A stretch of 57,327 nucleotides of DNA from IMG/VR virus record IMGVR_UViG_3300034357_000765; one strand, given 5' to 3'. Below, piece by piece: positions 44,253 through 51,639 of this stretch (positions are counted from its first letter, which is position 1; each line of letters begins with the position of its first letter). The stretch is from a virus (taxonomy: Duplodnaviria > Heunggongvirae > Uroviricota > Caudoviricetes). The notes beneath the pieces were generated by a model that saw only the letters and a program-made list of their open reading frames with translations, did not search any database and was not told the DNA's origin. The translations under genes were made by a program, and so were the position numbers.

Positions 44253-44699
44253 ATGAGGCATCTGAAGAGGTTTAACGAAAGCATAGAAGAAGGTTTAGAT
44301 ATCGAGTATATCAAATTCTGTTTTATCGACATGGTCGAAGAGAAGAAAGATGGCGAAGAACTTGGTGAGATATCATATTGGAATAAAGTATCAGATATTG
44401 GTGCAAAGAAACAGATAGAAGACAGAGACGCCACTTCCAAAAATGTTACCAACGTAATCATATTTGTTATCTGTCCTCAGCTGAATATCGAGCATACACC
44501 AGACGGATTCAAAGGAAGCATATCAGAATTTACAGAATACAACAAAGCATTTGCAGCTTTTTTAGATGAACTTGAAGCAAATATGGAAAAGCTCAAAGAA
44601 GAACATCCAGACTATGTAGTAGAAACCACTTTTAACCAGCCTTTAATAGATGGAATAAAAGGTCTCGACTACTTTGTAATCGAAGTGAAAAAGTCTTAA
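44253..44699 (+). CDS. hypothetical protein, MRHLKRFNES N-terminus, 148 aa
   Basis: Last gene of the operon. Confidence 0.72.
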   Translation: MRHLKRFNESIEEGLDIEYIKFCFIDMVEEKKDGEELGEISYWNKVSDIGAKKQIEDRDATSKNVTNVIIFVICPQLNIEHTPDGFKGSISEFTEYNKAFAAFLDELEANMEKLKEEHPDYVVETTFNQPLIDGIKGLDYFVIEVKKS

Positions 44700-45409
44700 A
44701 TCTTATTCTTCAAGCACTCCCAAAGAATCATATAGATATTGTCTATCTGGTCATACCTTATCTTAACCAAATCAATATAGTTGTCTTCACAATAGTCAGA
44801 CTTTATCTTTTCATCAATCTTTGATTTCTCATAGGTATTCAAGCCACCCAGCTCTTCTATCGACTGAAAATGATAGATACCATCAAACTCTACACAAACT
44901 CTTATAGAAGGAAGATAAAAGTCAAACTCAATCTTATCCAACATATGGTTCTGCTTGAAGTCTATCTTGAACTTTCTAAGAAAGTCCTTTATCTCCCTCT
45001 CGCCTTTGAAGTCGCTTTGATCCAGCAAGTCTCTTATTATGGATTCTTCGTTCTTTCTAAACTCAGGTGCCATACCCTCTAAATGTGAAGAAGGGCGTTG
45101 CTCATACTTTATACCTCTATATAATATCGTTATCGGAGTAAGCATGTTTTTATACTGTACCAAAGAGTAGTCATATTTGTCGCCCCAAACATTTATTGCT
45201 CTTTCAACAAAATCTTCTGTAGACTGACGTGTAGACGACTTCTCTGGACATCGACCCATTAAATGCTTGACAACACTTTGTTGATATTCAACACCATTAT
45301 ATTCTATATCAATCTTATCGGACAATATAACTTTCTCGTTTAAAGTAGGATATGTGTATTTATATCCGTGCCTTTCTCTTGCTTTCTCTAAAAATTCCAT
45401 CTTCTTCAT
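44696..45409 (-). mobile_element. free-standing homing-endonuclease-like gene (DUF723-type repeats + Vsr/DUF559-like nuclease)
   Basis: Two F.EKA...HG.KY.Y-type repeats; FDFYLP....VEFDG..HF...K..YC......L..I.Y nuclease domain. Confidence 0.65.
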
Positions 45410-45513
45410 ATAGTATATATAAAAAATCACACCCTCTTTCGGAACTATTTTAAAAAAACTTGAAAGGGAGGTATAGTTTCTTTATATATAAAGTATAAAA
45501 ATAATTTAAGAAG

Positions 45514-46746
45514 ATGGCAAAAGCAGTAAAAGAAGGAAAGAAATTCGAATTCAGCAAAGTTGGTTCTATATTAGACAACATAGCTAAATCTATTCCAATC
45601 TTAATAGAAAAGGAAATTAAAGAAAAAACATTCATCACAACAGGAGTTTATTTATTAGACGCCGCACTATCAGGAAGATTGCTAGGTGGTGGAGTTGCAT
45701 CAAACAGAATCACGGCATTCGCTGGAGAATCCGGTGCAGGTAAATCGTTCATCGCTTATTCAGTATCAAAGCACGCACAGAGAGCCGGATATTCGGTAAT
45801 CTATATCGATACAGAACAAGCGATTGACTTAGAAGACTTACCAAAGTTTGGAATCGACAACTCTTTGGAAAAGTTCAGATTAATCAGATCTAACAAAGTA
45901 GAAGATGTAAACATGTTATTGACTCAGTTGATAGATGATTTGAAAGAACAAAAGCTTGCAGGATTTGAACTGCCTAAACTAATGATTGTATTAGACTCTT
46001 TAGGTCAAATGGCAAGTAACAAAGAAAAGGCAGATTTATTGAAAGGTGATATCAAACAGGATATGACTAAAGCAAAAGCATTAGGTTCTATGTTCCGTTC
46101 AATCAACACAGACTTAGGATACTTAGATATTCCAATGATTGTATGTAACCACACTTATCTAACAATGGACCTTTTTCCACAAGAGAAATTAAAAGGTGGT
46201 AATGGTTTGTTATACTCTGCATCAGTAATCGGCTTTATGTCTAAATCAAAATTGAAAACAGGTGAAGAAGATGATATGGACTTAGGTCAATCAGGAATCT
46301 CTGTATTGTTCAAGACTGCAAAAAACAGAATGGCCAAACCTAAGAAGATTAGATTTGACATCTCTTTCGCGAATGGTATGAATCCATACACAGGATTGGA
46401 TGCCTTCTGCAGACCAGAGTATATGGATCAGATTGGAATCGCTAAGGGTAAAATGGATGTAAACAAAGCCACTGGTGAAATGACTTTTGTACCTGGAGGA
46501 AACAGATGGTATGTATCACACCTAAACAAATCAGTTACTACAAAACAACTATTCTCACAAGAGGTTTTCACAACAGGCGTCTTAGATAGAATGGCACCGA
46601 TTGTAAACGACTACTTTAGATTCAAGTCATTAGACGAGATCGAAGAGGTAGAAAACGAATTCAACAAGATAGTTGGAGAAGATGATGAAGAAGATGACAC
46701 AAATGGCTTCACAGATGCTACGGACGCAGGAGACCTTTTTGGATAG
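45514..46746 (+). CDS. recA: RecA/UvsX recombinase, 410 aa
   Basis: TTGVYLLD..LSG, AGESGAGKS, IDTEQA, IVLDSLG, NHTY, KGGNG..YSAS. Confidence 0.88.
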   Translation: MAKAVKEGKKFEFSKVGSILDNIAKSIPILIEKEIKEKTFITTGVYLLDAALSGRLLGGGVASNRITAFAGESGAGKSFIAYSVSKHAQRAGYSVIYIDTEQAIDLEDLPKFGIDNSLEKFRLIRSNKVEDVNMLLTQLIDDLKEQKLAGFELPKLMIVLDSLGQMASNKEKADLLKGDIKQDMTKAKALGSMFRSINTDLGYLDIPMIVCNHTYLTMDLFPQEKLKGGNGLLYSASVIGFMSKSKLKTGEEDDMDLGQSGISVLFKTAKNRMAKPKKIRFDISFANGMNPYTGLDAFCRPEYMDQIGIAKGKMDVNKATGEMTFVPGGNRWYVSHLNKSVTTKQLFSQEVFTTGVLDRMAPIVNDYFRFKSLDEIEEVENEFNKIVGEDDEEDDTNGFTDATDAGDLFG

Positions 46747-46801
46747 ATAGTAAGAGAAAGTCGAAGGGTACTTTAACCCTAAAAAATAAAAATGAATAAT
46801 T

Positions 46802-46972
46802 ATGCAAGAAATCTATGAGAACTTGAAAACATTATGGGAGCAATTTGATGCTAATCATAATAAAACGACTAAAAAATCTAACGCTGACGCAAGAAAAGCA
46901 TTAGGAGAGATTAAAAAGTTGGTTACTACTTACAGAGCTGCTTCAGTTGAGTCTGAAAAAGTTGCTAAGTAA
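46802..46972 (+). CDS. Hc1/Bacteroidota histone-H1-like small protein, 56 aa (missing from the ORF track)
   Basis: MQEIYENLKTLWEQFDANHNKTTKKSNADARKALGEIKKLVTTYRAASVESEKVAK; ARKA..EI.K....YR.AS.E pattern. Confidence 0.62.
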   Translation: MQEIYENLKTLWEQFDANHNKTTKKSNADARKALGEIKKLVTTYRAASVESEKVAK

Positions 46973-47000
46973 TAAACTTATTATATAGCTAACTATATAA

Positions 47001-47105
47001 GAGTATGTTTTCCTTGTAGTCATAAAACAAGGTGGTGGAGCCGAAAACAAAGATCTTAATAAAGATTTGGCCCAAACCCTCTCCTTTTAAAGAGAGGGTT
47101 TTTTG
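47001..47105 (+). ncRNA. candidate structured small RNA with its own terminator
   Basis: GC-rich island: CCTTGT/ACAAGG hairpin, TGGT linker, GGAGCC/GGCCC stem, then AAACCCTCTC/GAGAGGGTTT plus T-tract; no plausible ORF. Confidence 0.45.
47074..47104 (+). terminator. intrinsic terminator
   Basis: 10-bp stem followed by a T run. Confidence 0.85.
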
Positions 47106-47124
47106 TTTATTGAAAAATAATATA

Positions 47125-47132
47125 TATCTTTG
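47125..47132 (+). promoter_or_regulatory. Bacteroidota-type promoter -7 box TATCTTTG
   Basis: TTTG 19 nt upstream (47102-47105). Confidence 0.7.
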
Positions 47133-47148
47133 TAAAAGAAATAAAGTA

Positions 47149-47211
47149 ATGAGAGAATTTAATAACAAAATGATTTTGCATGAACAAAACAGTCAACGAC
47201 TGAGTTTATGA
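47149..47211 (+). CDS. putative attenuator leader peptide MREFNNKMILHEQNSQRLSL, 20 aa
   Basis: First ATG after the promoter; stop lies 20 nt before a terminator; 3' end can pair with the terminator 5' arm. Confidence 0.5.
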   Translation: MREFNNKMILHEQNSQRLSL

Positions 47212-47231
47212 TATTGTATTCAACGATATTT

Positions 47232-47262
47232 AAACCCAGTCTTTATTAAGGCTGGGTTTTTT
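47232..47262 (+). terminator. conditional terminator of a putative attenuator
   Basis: AAACCCAGTCT/AGGCTGGGTTT plus T run, 20 nt before the next ATG. Confidence 0.8.
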
Positions 47263-47281
47263 GATTTTAAAAAATAAAGAT

Positions 47282-47449
47282 ATGGAAATGACTATTTACA
47301 AGTATATGAAAGATGGCAAGTTGTACATGTTTCATACCGTCGAAAAAGAGAACGGGAAAAAAGAAATATTGGCGATACCAGTTAGACATGACGGAAAGCC
47401 AATAGTGAACTGTGACATAAAGGATTTTGTGCTGCACTCAATGGATTAA
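47282..47449 (+). CDS. hypothetical protein, 55 aa
   Basis: ATG 47282 preferred to the TTG in the ORF track. Confidence 0.6.
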   Translation: MEMTIYKYMKDGKLYMFHTVEKENGKKEILAIPVRHDGKPIVNCDIKDFVLHSMD

Positions 47450-47466
47450 AAATAAAATAAAAAGAT

Positions 47467-47619
47467 ATGGAATTAAAAGAAAAGATAATATCAAAGGAAG
47501 TGATGAGCGGAAACTTGGAATCAAGTTACGAAATCCTTAGGATAAAGAAAAAGAAGATAAAGAAAAAAGCAAAGAAAAATATTTTTAAATCGCTTAAAAA
47601 ATTGTTAAAGAAGAAATAA
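47467..47619 (+). CDS. Lys-rich basic microprotein, 50 aa (missing from the ORF track)
   Basis: MELKEKIISKEVMSGNLESSYEILRIKKKKIKKKAKKNIFKSLKKLLKKK. Confidence 0.5.
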   Translation: MELKEKIISKEVMSGNLESSYEILRIKKKKIKKKAKKNIFKSLKKLLKKK

Positions 47620-47636
47620 TTTATTATATTTACACT

Positions 47637-48158
47637 ATGAAAGTAATATTTTTGGATAACGATGGAGTAATGTGCTTATCTACAGAGTGGGGCGGTCGCG
47701 ACAAAAAGATTAAGAAATGGAAGCTTTCTAATCCTGGAGATCCTGGATACGTAAACGATCCAAAGATACCGGCACATATAAAAATGGACAACTTTAACTC
47801 AAAGGCAGTTAAAGTCTTAAACGACATATTGACAATAACTGATGCTGAGATTGTAGTATCTTCTGATTGGAAGTTGCATTGTACACTAGAGCAGTTACAG
47901 GATATGTTTATCAAGTACGGAGTTTTAAAAGCACCGATTGGGAGTACACCTAATCACGTTTTAAAGTCTATGGACGAACTTGAAAGCACGAGAGTAGCCG
48001 AAATATCGGAATGGCTTTCGAGTCATCCAGACGTAGAGAAATGGGTAGCCATTGACGATTTGGATCTTAGTGCTTTACAATGTTTCGTTCACACTAAGAG
48101 AATGAAAGAAGGAATCAAACAATCTGGCATAAAAGAGCAGATTTTAAAGTTCTTATGA
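47637..48158 (+). CDS. HAD domain of the Swiss-Army-knife RNA-repair type, 173 aa
   Basis: KVIFLDNDGV, IVVSSDWK, WVAIDD. Confidence 0.8.
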   Translation: MKVIFLDNDGVMCLSTEWGGRDKKIKKWKLSNPGDPGYVNDPKIPAHIKMDNFNSKAVKVLNDILTITDAEIVVSSDWKLHCTLEQLQDMFIKYGVLKAPIGSTPNHVLKSMDELESTRVAEISEWLSSHPDVEKWVAIDDLDLSALQCFVHTKRMKEGIKQSGIKEQILKFL

Positions 48159-48190
48159 TAACATAAGAACTTTTTTCATATATAAAAGAT

Positions 48191-48697
48191 ATGACATTAG
48201 AAGACTATAACAAATGGATTGAGATGCTCAAGACCGTAGAGATACGTAAGGGTAACCATAATCTATTACAAGAAGTCTTCAAGTTCTCACCAGAGAATTT
48301 TTCAAAATCAAAAGGATTAGATACCGAGTCTTTTGTAAAGCAGTTTCAAAAAGAAAGAAAGATAATACATCATCGACTGATTGACTTTAATAAGATACAA
48401 ATATTAAAGAAAAGAAAGTTAAAGATTGAGAAATACACAACTGGTGGAAAAACATATGATGCCAGAATATGTGTTTGTATAAAGAGATTTAAGAATGAAG
48501 AACCTAGAGCAAAGGGTGGATATGACTTCTACGAGACGATACAATACAACTATGTAATCATATATGATTCTTTCTTTGGTAAAGATGATGCCATCATATT
48601 TGATGATAAAGGAGGAAGAGTTTACTCAACTGTGACTGAGTTCAATAAACATTTTATTGATATTAGAGAGGACAAAATAAATAGTATATTGAAATAA
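48191..48697 (+). CDS. hypothetical protein with C-terminal RExKI tag, 168 aa
   Basis: Ends REDKINSILK. Confidence 0.7.
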   Translation: MTLEDYNKWIEMLKTVEIRKGNHNLLQEVFKFSPENFSKSKGLDTESFVKQFQKERKIIHHRLIDFNKIQILKKRKLKIEKYTTGGKTYDARICVCIKRFKNEEPRAKGGYDFYETIQYNYVIIYDSFFGKDDAIIFDDKGGRVYSTVTEFNKHFIDIREDKINSILK

Positions 48698-48724
48698 TCA
48701 GTATATTTATAAAAAAAATATATT

Positions 48725-49429
48725 ATGACTAAAAAAGACTTTATAATAAAATCGTTATTTTTAAACGGAACATTATCAACAAGTGAAATAGTAGATAAAT
48801 TCTACGATGAATGTACTGAAAAGGTTGATGAAAAGAGAGTTTATTATATATCAAAAGGTAGTGAAAAAACAGAAAAAGAATTAAGACAACAAATCTACGC
48901 AGAGATGGGTAGAGGAATTATATCAATACCAACACTTGTTGAAACCTCAAAAGAAAAAGGTTCGTTAAATAAACATAATATAACGGAACTTGGTAAGAAA
49001 TTCTACTTAGAGAGTAACAAAGAAGAAGAAGAAAATATTGACGTTGTTATAGAAAATATTGATATAGAAGAAAATGTCGATACTTTTGGTATTGTATATC
49101 TTTTAAAAAGTAAATCTTTCAACGATACTTATAAAGTCGGAAAAACTAAAAACATCACTCAGCGACTATCAGAACTATCAAAAGATCATAGATATGGTGT
49201 TTTTAATTTAGAAGAGATTATGAGAATAGAATGTGAAGACTATTCTATAATCGAAAGAGTATTACATAAGTTTTTTGAAGATTTTAGACTATGTAAGAAA
49301 AATGAGATAAAGGTAGATACAGAACTATTCATAAATATACCTACAATCGAATTAGAGTTTGAACTATTTGCAGAAATGCTAAGTAAGAATCCACGATATG
49401 GTAAATGTAAATTGATAAAAAATAAATAA
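48725..49429 (+). CDS. GIY-YIG-like (T5orf172/MUG113) domain protein, 234 aa
   Basis: GIVYLLK...YKVGKTK....RL.EL...IERVLH..F...R....ELF. Confidence 0.75.
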   Translation: MTKKDFIIKSLFLNGTLSTSEIVDKFYDECTEKVDEKRVYYISKGSEKTEKELRQQIYAEMGRGIISIPTLVETSKEKGSLNKHNITELGKKFYLESNKEEEENIDVVIENIDIEENVDTFGIVYLLKSKSFNDTYKVGKTKNITQRLSELSKDHRYGVFNLEEIMRIECEDYSIIERVLHKFFEDFRLCKKNEIKVDTELFINIPTIELEFELFAEMLSKNPRYGKCKLIKNK

Positions 49430-49470
49430 TAATAATTTATAAAAAAATAGTTTTATCAATAAATAATTCT

Positions 49471-49478
49471 TATATTTG
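49471..49478 (+). promoter_or_regulatory. Bacteroidota-type promoter -7 box TATATTTG
   Basis: 20 nt upstream of the nuclease ATG; -33 element weak. Confidence 0.55.
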
Positions 49479-49498
49479 TAAAACAAACGACGACAACT

Positions 49499-50065
49499 AT
49501 GACAGAAATAGCAACAGCAAAGAAAAAAGGCGGAATACAACCAGGTACAATAGCAAGCTCAGTAGAGTCTAAACTTATCGACAAACAAGTTAAGACTGCA
49601 AACAAAGAGTTGTTCGAAGAATTGAAAGCAACTATTCCAGGTTTAACATACCAAGCAAAATTAAGAAAAGATCAAATCTGTGGTGGTGTTGGTGCTTGTG
49701 CACCAGATGGTGGTATTTGGCTTTTCAACGGCCTACCAATCTTTGCATCAGAAGCTAAAAAACAAGGTGAGCGTGGAAACGCAATCGAAAGATGGTATAA
49801 AAACCCATTCATCGCAAGAGCTTGTAACAAAGATATTCTTTATGTAACTTTTGGTACGGGTAAAGGAACTGCAGTAAACGGACCAATCTGGAACACATTA
49901 CACATCGCAGTTGAAGGTGAGTACAACACAATCAGAGAAAAAGCAAACGAAGGTTACGGAATGGATAACTTTTCTATCTTCTTATCTGAAACTGACTTTG
50001 ACTTTGACTATGTAAAATCTACATTGAAACAAATCATCTTAATGGCGATTGAAAAAGTAAAATAA
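49499..50065 (+). CDS. EcoRI-family restriction-endonuclease-like protein, 188 aa
   Basis: PDGG...EAKKQG..GNAIERWYKN mirrors EcoRI PDGG/EAKHQG/GNAIERSHKN. Confidence 0.75.
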   Translation: MTEIATAKKKGGIQPGTIASSVESKLIDKQVKTANKELFEELKATIPGLTYQAKLRKDQICGGVGACAPDGGIWLFNGLPIFASEAKKQGERGNAIERWYKNPFIARACNKDILYVTFGTGKGTAVNGPIWNTLHIAVEGEYNTIREKANEGYGMDNFSIFLSETDFDFDYVKSTLKQIILMAIEKVK

Positions 50066-50066
50066 A

Positions 50067-50663
50067 ATGGATATTATAACTTGTTTTAATAATAATAAAA
50101 GAGATTTGTTTTGGGAGAAAAAGTCTCAAACAAAAGAGTTTATTGGATTCACCAATAAAGAAAAATGTAAAACACTATTTGGTTGGGCTTTAGAACATCT
50201 TTTATTACAGATAAGACAAACAGATAACAATGTTTCAAATACTTGGCTCAAAGGAAATTTTGGATACGATGGTATAGGAACTGGTACTACTGGTATAAAA
50301 TCTGGTATAAGAACAAGTGCTGCAAAAAATCTTTTGTCAAAAGATATTACATGGGACCACCTTATAGGTGCCGTAGGAATTGGTAGATATGTACATAATG
50401 AGTTTGAAAAAGCTTCTATTTCTTTATTAGGTAAAGATTTATTAACTATTGTCAACGAAAAAGGATATTTAGATAATGAATCCACAATAAGCTTAATTGA
50501 ATATATGAAAGAAGTTTGGTTATATGAAAATCTATGGTTATGGATTACTATTGGTGTAACTAAAGAAGAACATCAAAAAGATAATATACTAAGAAATAAC
50601 AATACTATCGAGGAAAAAATACAACTCAAACACTATAAAAATGTATCAACTCTTATATTTTAA
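50067..50663 (+). CDS. hypothetical protein, 198 aa
   Basis: ORF between the nuclease and the methylase; WDH...TKEEH could be HNH-like. Confidence 0.6.
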   Translation: MDIITCFNNNKRDLFWEKKSQTKEFIGFTNKEKCKTLFGWALEHLLLQIRQTDNNVSNTWLKGNFGYDGIGTGTTGIKSGIRTSAAKNLLSKDITWDHLIGAVGIGRYVHNEFEKASISLLGKDLLTIVNEKGYLDNESTISLIEYMKEVWLYENLWLWITIGVTKEEHQKDNILRNNNTIEEKIQLKHYKNVSTLIF

Positions 50664-50689
50664 AATAATAATAACCAACCACTAATAAT

Positions 50690-50714
50690 AAAAGTCCTCA
50701 AATAGAGGACTTTT
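50690..50714 (+). terminator. intrinsic terminator
   Basis: AAAAGTCCTC-aaata-GAGGACTTTT. Confidence 0.8.
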
Positions 50715-50756
50715 CTGTTTTTTATATATAAAATAGATATAAAAATATAACAATAT

Positions 50757-51599
50757 ATGAAAGTAGTAAAACCATTATTTATGTGGGCCGGCGGTAAGAA
50801 CAAGATGATTAAGAATTATCTTGCACACATGCCAGAAAAAGTAAGCACTTACTCAGAGCCGTTCTTTGGTGGTGGAGCAATGTATATTTATGTTCAGCAA
50901 AACTTCGCACCCGAAAAATGCTACATAAACGATGCCAATGAAGGTATCATCGAGATTTACAAATCAGTTAAAAGCGATCCATTGGGTTTCATAGAGATTC
51001 TTAAAGGTTATGACAAAAGATTTATTCCTTTGACTAAAGAAGACAGAAAGAAACTTTACTATGAAATAAGATTAGAACATGCTTATGACTTCCAAAAGTG
51101 GTCTAAACTAGAAGAGTCTGCAGCACTTTACTTTTTAATGAAGACAGGATTCAACGGAATCTGGCAGATAAATCAAAACACTAATAACAGATTCGGAACT
51201 CCTTCTGGACTTCTTACTCAAAAAGAAACTTGTTTTGATTACGATAACATTCTTGAATGGAATAAGTTATTACAAAACACAGAGATTCTTTGTGGTGATT
51301 GGAAAAACTGTCCTTATAGTGAGTTCACTTTCTTCGATCCACCATACAGAGATAGTTTCACTAAGTACGGAACTGGTTGGGGAGACAAAGAGTTTGAAGA
51401 ACTACTTGACCTTAGTAGAAATGTGGAAGGGTTGGTTTTCATTTGTAACAGAGACGATGGTACTCAATGGATTAATGAAAGATCTGAGAACTATACTATC
51501 ACGACATTCCCTATAACATATACGGCGGGTCGAAGAAAGAAAACAGATGATGGGTTTGAAGCCAAAGCTGCAACAGAAGTACTTATGATAAAAGCATAA
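50757..51599 (+). CDS. Dam-like (D12 class) N6-adenine DNA methyltransferase, 280 aa
   Basis: WAGGK, EPFFGGGA, INDAN, FFDPPY. Confidence 0.88.
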   Translation: MKVVKPLFMWAGGKNKMIKNYLAHMPEKVSTYSEPFFGGGAMYIYVQQNFAPEKCYINDANEGIIEIYKSVKSDPLGFIEILKGYDKRFIPLTKEDRKKLYYEIRLEHAYDFQKWSKLEESAALYFLMKTGFNGIWQINQNTNNRFGTPSGLLTQKETCFDYDNILEWNKLLQNTEILCGDWKNCPYSEFTFFDPPYRDSFTKYGTGWGDKEFEELLDLSRNVEGLVFICNRDDGTQWINERSENYTITTFPITYTAGRRKKTDDGFEAKAATEVLMIKA

Positions 51600-51600
51600 T

Positions 51601-51626
51601 AAAAAGAGAGCATTTGCTCTCTTTTT
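51601..51626 (+). terminator. intrinsic terminator
   Basis: AAAAAGAGAGC-attt-GCTCTCTTTTT. Confidence 0.8.
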
Positions 51627-51639
51627 TCATATAATACAT

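Noticed and set aside
45431-45475. Hairpin between the endonuclease gene and recA
   Set aside because: Imperfect stem with a long loop and no U-tract; not distinguishable from chance
45514-46746. Intein or intron in recA or the ligases
   Set aside because: Protein lengths are ordinary, with no C/S...HN splice motifs or frame breaks
47031-47073. tRNA/tmRNA-derived attP integration site
   Set aside because: No integrase in the window and the match is only ~10 nt; kept instead as part of the sRNA hypothesis
49499-50065. Calling the nuclease a true GAATTC cutter (ecoRIR)
   Set aside because: Much shorter than EcoRI and paired with a different methylase class; specificity cannot be read from sequence
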